A stretch of DNA of 64,000 nt from Eledone cirrhosa (lineage: Eukaryota). The notes under the pieces were generated by a model that was not told the origin of the DNA, did not search any database, and saw nothing but the letters and a program-made list of their open reading frames with translations. Below, one piece after another: positions 1 through 14,760 of this stretch; the stretch's first letter is position 1, and every line of letters starts with the position of its first letter. The position numbers and the translations under genes are program-made. Where the stretch lies: the NCBI GenBank assembly GCA_964016885.1, contig OZ024740.1, positions 79,608,001 through 79,672,000 on the forward strand, in the 5' to 3' direction.

Positions 1-3000
1 TTGAGATACTGAAGACAGCCAGCAAAATTGAAACATTGAAGACAGCCAGCAAAATTGAGACACTGAAGACAGCCAGCAAAATTGAGACACTGAAGACAGC
101 CAGCAAAACTGAGACATTGAGGACAGCTACAAAATCTGAGACACTGAAAAAGCCACGAAAACTGAGACACGGTAGATAGCCCCTAACGTTGAGACACTGA
201 AGACAGGCACCAAAATTGAGACACTGAAGACAGCCACTAAAATTGAGACACTGAAGAAAGACACCAAAATTAACACTAAAAACAGCCACCAAAATTGAGT
301 CACTGAAGAAAGCCACCAAAACTGAGACATTGACGACAGTCACCAAAATAGAGACAATGAAGACAGTCTTCAAAATTGATACATTGAAGATAGCCACCAA
401 AATTGAGAACTGAAAACAGCCACCAAATGTGAGACACTGAAGACAGCCAGCAAAACTAAGACACGGAAGATAGCCCTCAAAGTTGAGACACTGAAGACAG
501 CCACCAAAACTGACACACTGAAGACAGCCTTTAAAATTGAAACACTGAAGCCAGCCACCAAAACTGAGACACTGAAGGTAGCCACGAAAATTGAGACATT
601 AAAGACAGCCACCAAGATTGAGACATTGAAGGCAGCCACCAAGATGGAGACACTAAGAGAGCCACCCAAATTGAGACACTGAAGACGACCACCAAATGTG
701 AGACACTGAAGTCACCCACCAAAATTGAGACATTAAAGACAGCCACCACAATTGAGCCACAGAAGATAGCCACCAAAATTGAAGCATTGAAGACAGTCAC
801 CAACATTGAGACATTGAAGATAGCCCCCAAAGTTGAGACACTAAGAGAACCACCAAAATTGAGACACTGAAGATAGCCACTAATATTGAGACACTGAAGA
901 CAGCCTTCAAAATTGAGACACTGAAGCCAGCGACTAAAACTGAGCCACTGAAGATAGTCACCAATATTGAGACGGTGAAGAAAACCACCAAAACTGAGAC
1001 ACTGAAGACAGCCTTCAAAATTGAGACGCTGAAGCCAGCCACCAAAATTAGACACTGAGGTTAGCCACCAAAATTCAGACACTGAAGGAAGCCACCAAAA
1101 TTGAGACATTGAAGACAGCCACAAAATTGAGACGCTAAGACAGCCACCAAAATTGAGACATTGAAGACAGCCACCAAAATTGAGACGCTAAGACAGCCAC
1201 TAAAATTGAGACACTGAAGACAGACACCAACATAGAGACATTGAAGATAGTCACCAAAATTGTGACACTAAAGACAGCCTCCAAAATTGAGACACTGAAG
1301 ATAACCACTAAAATTGAGACACTGAAGACAGACACCAACATTGAGACATTGAAGATAGTCACCAAATTGTGACACTAAAGACAGCCTCCAAAATTGAGAC
1401 ACTGAAGACATCCACCAAAATTGAGATACTGAAGACAGCCAGCAAAATTGAAACACTGAAGACAGCCAGCAAAATTGAGACACTGAAGACAGCCAGCAAA
1501 ATTGAGACACTGAAGACAGCCAGCAAAACTGAGACATTGAGGACAGCTACAAAATCTGAGACACTGAACAAGCCACCAAAACTGAGACACGGTAGATAGC
1601 CCCTAACGTTGAGATACTGAAGACAGCCACCAAAATTAACACACTAAAAACAGCCACCAAAATTGAGTCACTGAAGAAAGCCACTAAAACTGAGAAATTG
1701 ACGACAGTCACCAAAATAGAGACAATGAAGCCAGTCTTCAAAATTGAGACATTGAAGATAGCCACCAAAATTGAGACACTGAAAACAGCCACCAAATGTG
1801 AGACACTGAAGACACCCACCAAAACCGAGACATTAAAGACAGCCACCACAATTGAGCCACAGAAGATAGCCACCAAAATTGAAGCATTGAAGACAGTCAC
1901 CAACATTGAGTCACTGAAGAGTGCCACCAAAATTCAGACACCGAAGACAGCCACTAAAATTGAGACACTCAAGACAGCCACCAAAATTGAGACACTGAAG
2001 ACAGCCACCAAAACTGAGACATTGAAGACAGTCACCCAAATTGAGACACTGGAGACAGCCACCAAAATCGAGCCACTGAAGACAGCCACAAAAATTGAGA
2101 CACTGAAGAGAGCCACCAAAATTGAGACACCGATGACAGCCACTAAAATTGAGACACTGAAGACAGCCACAAAATCTGAGACACTGAAGAAAGCCACCAA
2201 AATTGAGACAATGGCGACAGTAACCAAAATAGAGACAATGAAGACAGTCTTCAAAAAATTGAGACATTGAAGATAGCCACCAAAATAGAGATACTGAAAA
2301 CAGCCACCAAATGTGAGACACTGAAGACAGCCACCAAAACTGAGACACGGAAGAGAGCCACCAAAGTTGAGACACTGAAGACAGCCTTCAAAATTGAGAC
2401 ACTGAAGCCAGCCACCAAAACTGAGACACTGAAGATGGCCACCAAAATTGAGACATTGAAGACAGCCACCAAGATTGAGACATTGAAGACAGCCACCAAG
2501 ATTGAGACACTAAGAGAGCCACCAAAATTGCGACACTGAAGATAGCCACTAATATTGAGACACTGAAGAAAGCCACCAAAATTGAGACGTTGAAGACAGT
2601 CACCCAAATTGAGACACTGGAGACAGCCAGTAAAATCGAGACACTGAAGAGAGCGCACCAAAATTCAGACAACGAAAACAGCCACTAAAATTGAGACACT
2701 GGGGACAGCCACCAAAATTTAGACACCGAAGACAGCCACTAAAATTGAGACACTGAAGACAGCCACCAAAATTGAGTCACTGAAGACAGCCACCAAAACT
2801 GAGACATTGAAGATAGCCACCAAAATTGAGACATTGAAGACAGTCACCCAAATTGAGACAATGGAGACAGCCAGTAAAATTGAGACACTGATGATAACTA
2901 CCTAAATTGAGAAAATGAAGACAGTCAGCAAATTTGAGACACTAAGACAGCCACTAAAATTGAGACACTGAAGACAGCCACTAAAATTGAGACACTGAAG

Positions 3001-4289
3001 ATAATCACCAAATCTGAGACACTGAAGACAGCCACTAAAATTGAGACACTGAAGACAGCCACTAAAATTGAGACACTGAAGACAGACACCAACATTGAGA
3101 CATTGAAGATAGTCACCAGAATTGTGACACTAAAGACAGCCTCCAAAATTGAGACACTGAAGACAGCCACCAAAATCGAGACACTGGAGACATCCACCAA
3201 AATTGAGATACTGAAGACAGCCAGCAAAACTGAGACATTCAGGACAGCTTCAAAATCTGAGATACTGAAAAAGCCACCAAAACTGAGACACGGTAGATAG
3301 CCACTAACGTTGAAACACTGAACACAGCCACCAAAATTGAGACACTGAAGACAGCCACTAAAATTGAGACACTGAAGAAAGCCACCAAAACTGAGACATT
3401 GACGACAGTCACCAAAATAGAGACAATGAAGACAGTCTTCAAAATTGAGACATTGAAGATAGCCACCAAAATTGAGACATTGAAAACACCCACCAAATGT
3501 GAGACACTGAAGACAGCCACCAAAACTAAGACACGGAAGATAGCCCCAAAAGTTGAGACACTGAAGACAGCCACCAAAACTGAGACACTGAAGACAGCTT
3601 TTAAAATTGAAACACTGAAGCCAGCCACCAAAACTGAGACACTGAAGGTACCCACCAAAACTGAGACATTAAAGACAGCGACACAGATTGAGACATTGAA
3701 GGCAGCCACCAAGATGGAGACACTAAGAGAGCCACCAAAATTGAAACACTGAAGACAACCACCAAATGTTAGACACTGAAGACACCCACCAAAATTGAGA
3801 TATTAAAGACAGCCACCACAATTGAGCCACAGAAGATAGCCACCAAAATTGAAGCATTGAAGACAATCACCAACATTGAGACACTGAAGAGTACCACCAA
3901 AATTCAGGCACCGAAGACAGCCACTAAAATTGAGACACTGAAGACAGCCACAACAATTGAGACACTGAAGAGAGCCACCAAAATTGAGACACCCATGACA
4001 GCCACTAAAATTGAGACGTCGAAGACAGCCACCAAAATTGAGACACTAAAGACAGCCACCAAAATTGAGACACTGAAGACAGCCACCAAAGTTGAGACAC
4101 TGAAGACAGCCACAAATATTGAGACACAGAAGACAGCCATTAAAATTGAGACATCGAAGGCAGCCGCCAAAATTGAGACACTGAAGAGACCCACTAAAAT
4201 TGAGACACTGAAGATAGCCGCCAAAATTGAGACACTGACGGCACCGACCACAATTGAGGCATTGAACACAGCCACCAAAATTGAGACAC

Positions 4290-7200
4290 TGAAGACAGCC
4301 ACCAAAACTGAGACACTAAAACAGCCACCAAAATTGAAACACTGAAGATAGCCCACAAAATTGAGACACTGAAGAGGGCCGCCAAAATTGAGACACCGAA
4401 AACAGCCACCAAAATTGAGGCACTGAAGACAGCCACCAAAATGGAGACACTGAAGACAGCCACAAAAATTGAGACACAGAATATAGCCATCAAAATTCAG
4501 ACATTGAAGACAGCCACCAAAATTGAGACACTGAAGACAGTCACCAAAATTGTGACACTGGAGACAGCCACTAAAATTGAGACACTGAAGACAGCCACTA
4601 AAATTAAGACACTGAAGATAACCACTAAAATTGAGACATCGAAGACAGCCACTAAAATTGATACACTGACTATAGCCACCAAAATTCAGACATTGAAGAC
4701 AGCCTCCAAAAATTGAGACACTGGAGACAGCCACTAAAATTGAGACACTGAAGATAATCACCAAATCTGAGACACTGAAGACAGCCACTAAAATTGAGAC
4801 ACTGAAGACAGCCACCAAAATTGAGACATCGAAGGCAGCCACCAAAATTGATACACTGAAGACAGCCACAAAAATTGATACACTGAAGCCAGCCACCAAA
4901 ATAGAGACATTGAAGACAGCCACCAAAATTGGGACACTGAAGAGAGCCACTAAAATTGAGACACTGAAGACAGTCACCAAAATTGAGACACTGAAGACAG
5001 CGACCTAAATAGAGACACTGAAGAGAGCCACCAAAATTGAGACACTGAAGACAGACAGGAAAATTGAGACACGGAAGACAGCAACTAAAATTGCGACACT
5101 GAAGACAGCCACAAAAATTGAGACACTGAAGACAGCCAACAATATTGAGCCACTGAAGATAGCCACCAAATTTGAGACACTAAGACAGCCACCGAAAGTG
5201 AGACACTGAAGAAAGCCTTCAAAATTGAGACACTGAAGACAGCCACCAATATTGATACCCTGAGCACAGCCACTAAAATTGAGACAGTGAAGACAGCCAC
5301 CAAAATTGAGACACTGAAGACAGCCACCAAAATTGAGACACGGAAGACAGCAACTAAAATTGCGACATTGAAGACAGCCACCAAAATTGAGACACTGAAG
5401 ACAGCCACCAAAATTGAGACACGGAAGGTAGCCACGAAAACTGAGACACTGAAGACAGCCACTAAATTTGAGACATCGAAGGCAGCTAGCAAAATTGAGA
5501 CACTGAAGAGAGCCACTAATATTGAGACACTGAAGACAACCACCAAAATTGAGACACCGAAGACAGCCACCAAAATTGACACACTGAAGACACCCAGCAA
5601 AATTGAGACACTGAAGACAGTCACCACAATTGAGACACAGAAGACAGCCACCAAATTTGAGACATCGAAGGCAGCCACCAAAATTGAAAAACTGAAGACA
5701 GCCACCAAAATTAAGACACTGAAGACAACCACTATAATTGAGACACTGAAGACAGCCACCAAAATTGAGACACTGGAGACAGCCACCAGAATTGAGACAC
5801 TGAAGAAAACCACAAAAATTGATACATTGAAGCCAGCCACCAAAATAGAGACATTGAAGACAGCCACCAAAATTGGGACACTGAAGAGAGCCACTAAAAT
5901 TGAGACACTGAAGACAGTCACCAGAATTGAGACACTGAAGACAGCGACCTAAATAGAGACACTGAAGAGAGCCACAAAAATTGAGACACTGAAGACAGCG
6001 ACCTAAATAGAGACACTGAAGACAGCCACGAAAATTGAGACACGGAAGACAGCAACTAAAATTGCGACACTGAAGACAGCCACAAAAATTGAGACACTGA
6101 AGACAGCCAACAATATTGAGCCACTGAAGATAGCCACCAAATTTGAGACACTAAGACAGCCACCGAAAGTGAGACACTGAAGAAAGCCTTCAAAATTGAG
6201 ACACTGAAGACAGCCACCAATATTGATACCCTGAGCACAGCCACTAAAATTGAGACAGTGAAGACAGCCACCAAAATTGAGACACTGAAGACAGCCACCA
6301 AAATTGAGACACGGAAGACAGCCTTCAAAATTGAGACATTGAAGACAGCCACCAAAATTGAGACACTGAAGACAGCCAACAATATTGAGACACTGAAGAG
6401 AGCCACCAAATTTGAGACACTAAGACAGCCACCGAAAGTGAGACACTGAAGAAAGCCTTCAAAATTGAGACACTGAAGACAGCCACTAAAATTGAGACAT
6501 CGAAGTCACCCACCAAAATTGAGACACTGAAGACAGCCACAAAAATTGACACACTGAAGACATCCACCAAAATTGAGACACTGAAGACTGTCACCAAAAA
6601 TGAGACACAGAAAAGAGCCACCAAATTTGAGACATTAAGGCAGCCACCGAAAGTGAGACAATGAAGACAGCGACTAAAATTGAGACCCTGAAAACAGCCA
6701 CCAAAATTGAGACACTGAAGACAACCACCAAAACTGAGACACTGAAGACAGCCACCAAAATTGAGACACTGAAGACAGCCACCAAAATTGAGACACTGAA
6801 GACAGCCACTAAAATTGAGACATCGAAGGCAGCCACCAAAATTGAGACACTGAAGACAGTCACCAAAATTGAGACACTGAAGACAGCCACCAAAATTTAG
6901 ACACTGAAGACAGCCACCAAAACTGAGACACGGAAGACAGCCACCAAAATTGAGACACTGGAGACAGCCAGTAAAATTGAGAAACTGATGATAACTACCT
7001 AAATTGAGAAAATGAAGATAGCCACCAAAATTGAGTCAATGAAGACAGCTAGCAAAATTGAGACACTAAGACAGCCACTAAAATCGAGACACTGAAGACA
7101 GCCACTAAAATTGAGACACTGAAGATAATCACCAAATCTGAGACACTGAAAACAGCCACTAAAATTGAGACACTGAAGACAGCCACTAAAATTGAGACAC

Positions 7201-10200
7201 TGAAGACAGACACCAACATTGAGACATTGAAGATAGTCACCAAAATTGTGACACTAAAGACAGCCTCCAAAATTGAGACACTGAAGAGATCCACTAATAT
7301 TGAGACACTGAAGACGGCCATTAATATTGAGACACTGAAGACAGTCACCAAAATTAAGACACTGAAGACAACCACTATAATTGAGACACTGAAGACAGCC
7401 ACCAAAATAGAGGCACTGAAGACAGCCACCAAAATTGAGACACTGAAGACAACCACCAAAATTGAGACACTGAAGACAACCACCAAAATTGAGACACTGA
7501 AGACAGTCACCAAAATTGAGACACTGAAGACAGCCACCAAAATTGAGACACGGAAGACAGCAACTAAAATTGCGACATTGAAGACAGCCACCAAAATTGA
7601 GACACTGAAGACAGCCAACAATATTGAGACACTGAAGATAGCCACCAAATTTGAGACACTAAGACAGCCACCGAAAGTGAGACACTGAAGAAAGCCTTCA
7701 AAATTGAGACACTGAAGACAGCCACTAAAATTGAGACATCGAAGGCACCCACCAAAATTGAAACACTGAAGACAGCCACAAAAATTGAGACACTGAAGAC
7801 ATCCACCAACATTGAGACACTGAAGACTGTCACCAAAAATGAGACACAGAAAAGGGCCACCAAATTTGAGACATTAAGGCAGCCACCGAAAGTGAGACAA
7901 TGAAGACAGCGACTAAAATTGAGACCCTGAATACAGCCACTAAAATTGAGACAATGAAGACAGCCACCAAAATTGAGACATCGAAGACAGCCACCAAAAT
8001 TGAGAGACTGAAGACAGCCACTAAATTTGAGACATCGAAGGCAGCCACCAAAATTGAGACACTGAAGACAACCACCAAAACTGAGACACTGAAGACAGCC
8101 ACCAAAATTGAGACACTGAAGACAGCCACCAAAATTGAGACACTGAAGACAGCCACTAAAATCGAAGGCAGCCACCAAAATTGAGACTCTGAAGACAGCC
8201 ACCAAAATTTAGACACTGAAGACAGCCACCAAAACTGAGACACGGAAGACAGCCACCAAAATTGAGACACTGGAGACAGCCACCAAAACTGAGACACTAA
8301 AACAGCCACCAAAATTGAAACACTGAAGATAGCCCACAAAATTGAGACACTGAAGAGGGCCGCCAAAATTGAGACACCGAAAACAGCCACCAAAATTGAG
8401 GCACTGAAGACAGCCACCAAAATGGAGACACTGAAGACAGCCACAAAAATTGAGACACAGAATATAGCCATCAAAATTCAGACATTGAAGACAGCCACCA
8501 AAATTGAGACACTGAAGACAGTCACCAAAATTGTGACACTGGAGACAGCCACTAAAATTGAGACACTGAAGACAGCCACTAAAATTAAGACACTGAAGAT
8601 AACCACTAAAATTGAGACATCGAAGACAGCCACTAAAATTGAGACACAGAATATAGCCATCAAAATTCAGACATTGAAGACAGCCACCAAAATTGAGACA
8701 CTGAAGACAGTCACCAAAATTGTGACACTGGAGACAGCCACTAAAATTGAGACACTGAAGATAATCACCAAATCTGAGACACTGAAGACAGCCACTAAAA
8801 TTGAGACACTGAAGACAGCCACCAAAATTGAGACATCGAAGGCAGCCACCAAAATTGATACACTGAAGACAGCCACAAAAATTGATACACTGAAGCCAGC
8901 CACCAAAATAGAGACATTGAAGACAGCCACCAAAATTGGGACACTGAAGAGAGCCACTAAAATTGAGACACTGAAGACAGTCACCAAAATTGAGACACTG
9001 AAGACAGCGACCTAAATAGAGACACTGAAGAGAGCCACCAAAATTGAGACACTGAAGACAGACAGGAAAATTGAGACACGGAAGACAGCAACTAAAATTG
9101 CGACACTGAAGACAGCCACAAAAATTGAGACACTGAAGACAGCCAACAATATTGAGCCACTGAAGATAGCCACCAAATTTGAGACACTAAGACAGCCACC
9201 GAAAGTGAGACACTGAAGAAAGCCTTCAAAATTGAGACACTGAAGACAGCCACCAATATTGATACCCTGAGCACAGCCACTAAAATTGAGACAGTGAAGA
9301 CAGCCACCAAAATTGAGACACTGAAGACAGCCACCAAAATTGAGACACGGAAGACAGCAACTAAAATTGCGACATTGAAGACAGCCACCAAAATTGAGAC
9401 ACTGAAGACAGCCACCAAAATTGAGACACGGAAGGTAGCCACGAAAACTGAGACACTGAAGACAGCCACTAAATTTGAGACATCGAAGGCAGCTAGCAAA
9501 ATTGAGACACTGAAGAGAGCCACTAATATTGAGACACTGAAGACAACCACCAAAATTGAGACACCGAAGACAGCCACCAAAATTGACACACTGAAGACAC
9601 CCAGCAAAATTGAGACACTGAAGACAGTCACCACAATTGAGACACAGAAGACAGCCACCAAATTTGAGACATCGAAGGCAGCCACCAAAATTGAAAAACT
9701 GAAGACAGCCACCAAAATTAAGACACTGAAGACAACCACTATAATTGAGACACTGAAGACAGCCACCAAAATTGAGACACTGGAGACAGCCACCAGAATT
9801 GAGACACTGAAGAAAACCACAAAAATTGATACATTGAAGCCAGCCACCAAAATAGAGACATTGAAGACAGCCACCAAAATTGGGACACTGAAGAGAGCCA
9901 CTAAAATTGAGACACTGAAGACAGTCACCAGAATTGAGACACTGAAGACAGCGACCTAAATAGAGACACTGAAGAGAGCCACCAAAATTGAGACACTGAA
10001 GACAGCGACCTAAATAGAGACACTGAAGACAGCCACGAAAATTGAGACACGGAAGACAGCAACTAAAATTGCGACACTGAAGACAGCCACAAAAATTGAG
10101 ACACTGAAGACAGCCAACAATATTGAGCCACTGAAGATAGCCACCAAATTTGAGACACTAAGACAGCCACCGAAAGTGAGACACTGAAGAAAGCCTTCAA

Positions 10201-12390
10201 AATTGAGACACTGAAGACAGCCACCAATATTGATACCCTGAGCACAGCCACTAAAATTGAGACAGTGAAGACAGCCACCAAAATTGAGACACTGAAGACA
10301 GCCACCAAAATTGAGACACGGAAGACAGCCTTCAAAATTGAGACATTGAAGACAGCCACCAAAATTGAGACACTGAAGACAGCCAACAATATTGAGACAC
10401 TGAAGAGAGCCACCAAATTTGAGACACTAAGACAGCCACCGAAAGTGAGACACTGAAGAAAGCCTTCAAAATTGAGACACTGAAGACAGCCACTAAAATT
10501 GAGACATCGAAGTCACCCACCAAAATTGAGACACTGAAGACAGCCACAAAAATTGACACACTGAAGACATCCACCAAAATTGAGACACTGAAGACTGTCA
10601 CCAAAAATGAGACACAGAAAAGAGCCACCAAATTTGAGACATTAAGGCAGCCACCGAAAGTGAGACAATGAAGACAGCGACTAAAATTGAGACCCTGAAA
10701 ACAGCCACTAAAATTGAGACAATGAAGACAGCCACCAAAATTGAGACATCGAAGACAGCCACCAAAATTGAGAGACTGAAGACAGCCACTAAATTTGAGA
10801 CATCGAAGGCAGCCACCAAAATTGAGACACTGAAGACAACCACCAAAACTGAGACACTGAAGACAGCCACCAAAATTGAGACACTGAAGACAGCCACCAA
10901 AATTGAGACACTGAAGACAGCCACTAAAATTGAGACATCGAAGGCAGCCACCAAAATTGAGACACTGAAGACAGTCACCAAAATTGAGACACTGAAGACA
11001 GCCACCAAAATTTAGACACTGAAGACAGCCACCAAAACTGAGACACGGAAGACAGCCACCAAAATTGAGACACTGGAGACAGCCAGTAAAATTGAGAAAC
11101 TGATGATAACTACCTAAATTGAGAAAATGAAGATAGCCACCAAAATTGAGTCAATGAAGACAGCTAGCAAAATTGAGACACTAAGACAGCCACTAAAATC
11201 GAGACACTGAAGACAGCCACTAAAATTGAGACACTGAAGATAATCACCAAATCTGAGACACTGAAAACAGCCACTAAAATTGAGACACTGAAGACAGCCA
11301 CTAAAATTGAGACACTGAAGACAGACACCAACATTGAGACATTGAAGATAGTCACCAAAATTGTGACACTAAAGACAGCCTCCAAAATTGAGACACTGAA
11401 GAGATCCACTAATATTGAGACACTGAAGACGGCCATTAATATTGAGACACTGAAGACAGTCACCAAAATTAAGACACTGAAGACAACCACTATAATTGAG
11501 ACACTGAAGACAGCCACCAAAATAGAGGCACTGAAGACAGCCACCAAAATTGAGACACTGAAGACAACCACCAAAATTGAGACACTGAAGACAACCACCA
11601 AAATTGAGACACTGAAGACAGTCACCAAAATTGAGACACTGAAGACAGCCACCAAAATTGAGACACGGAAGACAGCAACTAAAATTGCGACATTGAAGAC
11701 AGCCACCAAAATTGAGACACTGAAGACAGCCAACAATATTGAGACACTGAAGATAGCCACCAAATTTGAGACACTAAGACAGCCACCGAAAGTGAGACAC
11801 TGAAGAAAGCCTTCAAAATTGAGACACTGAAGACAGCCACTAAAATTGAGACATCGAAGGCACCCACCAAAATTGAAACACTGAAGACAGCCACAAAAAT
11901 TGAGACACTGAAGACATCCACCAACATTGAGACACTGAAGACTGTCACCAAAAATGAGACACAGAAAAGGGCCACCAAATTTGAGACATTAAGGCAGCCA
12001 CCGAAAGTGAGACAATGAAGACAGCGACTAAAATTGAGACCCTGAATACAGCCACTAAAATTGAGACAATGAAGACAGCCACCAAAATTGAGACATCGAA
12101 GACAGCCACCAAAATTGAGAGACTGAAGACAGCCACTAAATTTGAGACATCGAAGGCAGCCACCAAAATTGAGACACTGAAGACAACCACCAAAACTGAG
12201 ACACTGAAGACAGCCACCAAAATTGAGACACTGAAGACAGCCACCAAAATTGAGACACTGAAGACAGCCACTAAAATCGAAGGCAGCCACCAAAATTGAG
12301 ACTCTGAAGACAGCCACCAAAATTTAGACACTGAAGACAGCCACCAAAACTGAGACACGGAAGACAGCCACCAAAATTGAGACACTGGAG
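4290..12390. repeat. Higher-order tandem duplication, two copies of about 4.0-4.1 kb (about 4290-8280 and about 8280-12390)
   Basis: Identical translations occur at offset 4007 (5085/9092, 5287/9294, 6056/10063) and then offset 4115 (7049/11164, 7564/11679, 7900/12015). The 108-bp change equals 4 monomers. Both copies share a rare 8-bp deletion at about 8160 and about 12275. Confidence 0.92.
5050..6330. repeat. Internal repeat with 971-bp offset (36 monomers minus 1 bp) inside the 4-kb unit; also present at 9092/10063
   Basis: The variant string gcaactaaaattgcgac...gccaacaatattgagccactgaagatag...aatattgataccctgagcac recurs at 5085 and 6056, and ORF starts 5287/6258 have the same offset. Confidence 0.85.
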
Positions 12391-13589
12391 ACAGCCAGTA
12401 AAATTGAGAAACTGATGATAACTACCTAAATTGAGAAAATGAAGATAGCCACCAAAATTGAGTCAATGAAGACAGCTAGCAAAATTGAGACACTAAGATA
12501 GCCACTAAAATTGAGACACTGAAGACAGCCACTAAAATTGAGACACTGAAGATAATCACCAAATCTGAGACACTGAAAACAGCCACTAAAATTGAGACAC
12601 TGAAGACAGCCACTAAAATTGAGACACTGAAGACAGACACCAACATTGAGACATTGAAGATAGTCACCAAAATTGTGACACTAAAGACAGCCTCCAAAAT
12701 TGAGACACTGAAGAGAGCCACTAATATTGAGACACTAAAGACGGCCATTAAAATTGAGACACTGAAGACAGCCACCAAAATTAAGACACTGAAGACAACC
12801 ACTATAATTGAGACACTGAGGACAGCCACCAAAATTGAGACACTGAAGACAGCCACCAAAATTGAGACACTGAAGATAGCCACCAAAATTGAGACATCGA
12901 AGGCAGCCACCAAAATTGAGACACTGAAGACAGTCACCAAAATTGAGACACTGAAGACAGCCACCAAAACTGAGACATCGAAAGCAGCCACGAAAATTGA
13001 GACACTGAAGACAGCTACCAAAATTGAGACACCGAAGACCGCCACCAAAATTGAGACACTGAAGACAGCCACCAAAATTGAGACACGGAAGATAGCCACG
13101 AAAAATGAGACACTGAAGACAGCCACTAAATTTGAGACATCGAAGGCAGCTACCAAAATTGAGACACTGAAGACAGCCACCAAAATTGAGACACTGAATA
13201 TAGCCACGAAAACTGAGACACTGAAGACAGCCACTAAAATTGAGACACTGAAGACAGCCACCAAAATTTAGACACTAAGACAATCACCAAAATTGAGACA
13301 TCGAAGACAGCCACCAAAATTGAGATACTAAGACAGCCACTAAAATTGAGACACTGAAGACAGCCACCAAAATTGAGACACTGAAGATAGCCGCCAAAAT
13401 TGAGACATCGAAGGCAGCCACCAAAATTGAGACACTGAAGACAGTCACCAAAATTGAGACACTGAAGACAGCCACCAAAATTGAGACACTGAAGACAGCC
13501 ACCAAAATTGAGACATGGAAGATAGCCGCGAAAACTGAGACACTGAAGACAGCCACTAAATTTGAGACATCGAAGGCAGCTACCAAAAT

Positions 13590-14760
13590 TGAGACACTGA
13601 AGACTGCCACCAGAAATGAGACACAGAAAAGAGCCACCAAATTTGAGACATTAAGGCAGCCACCGAAAGTGAGACAATGAAGGCAGCGACCAAAATTGAA
13701 ACCCTGAAAACAGCCACTAAAATTGAGACACTGAAGACAGCCACCAATATTGAGACTCTGAAAACAGCCACTAAAATTGAGACACTGAAGACAGCCACCA
13801 AAATTGAGACATCGAAGACAGCCACCAAAATTGAGAGACTGAAGACAACCACTAAATTTGAGACATCGAAGGCAGCCACCAAAATTGAAACACTGAAGAC
13901 AGCCACCAAAACTGAGACAATGAAGACAGCCACCAAAATTGAGACACTGAAGACAGCCACTAAAATTGAGACATCGAAGGCAGCCAACAAAATTGAGACA
14001 CTGAAGACAGTCACCAAAATTGAGACACTGAAGACAGCCACCAAAATTTAGACACTGAAGACAGCCACCAAAACTGAGACAAGGAAGACAGCCACCAAAA
14101 TTGAGACACTGGAGACAGCCACTAAAACTGAGACACGGAAGACAGTCACCAAAATTGAGACACTGGAGACAGCCAGTAAAATTGAGAAACTGATGATAAC
14201 TACCTAAATTGAGAAAATGAAGATAGCCACCAAAATTGAGTCAATGAAGACAGCTAGCAAAATTGAGACATTAAGACAGCCACTAAAATTGAGACACTAA
14301 AGACAGCCACTAAAATTAAGACACTGAAGATAATCACCAAATCTGAGACACTGAAAACAGCCACTAAAATTGAGACACTGAAGACAGCCACTAAAATTGA
14401 GACACTGAAGACAGACACCAACATTGAGACATTGAAGATAGTCACCAAAATTGTGACACTAAAGACAGCCTCTAAAATTGAGACACTGAAGACAGCCACC
14501 AAAATCGAGACACTGGAGACATCCGCCAAAATTGAGATACAGAAGACAGCCAGCAAAATTGAAACACTGAAGACAGCTAGCAAAATTGAGACACTGAAGA
14601 CAGCCAGCAAAATTGAGACACTGAAGACAGCCAGCAAAACTGAGACATTGAGGACAGCTACAAAATCTGAGACACTGAAAAAGCGACCAAAACTGAGACA
14701 CGGTAGATAGCCCCTAACGTTGAAACACTGAAGACAGCCACCAAAATTGAGACACTGAAG
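13590..14760. repeat. Block of about 1.15 kb duplicated at about 17290-18450 (offset 3694)
   Basis: Near-identical ORF-track entries at 14254/17948, 14432/18126, 14459/18153 and 14658/18352. Confidence 0.88.
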
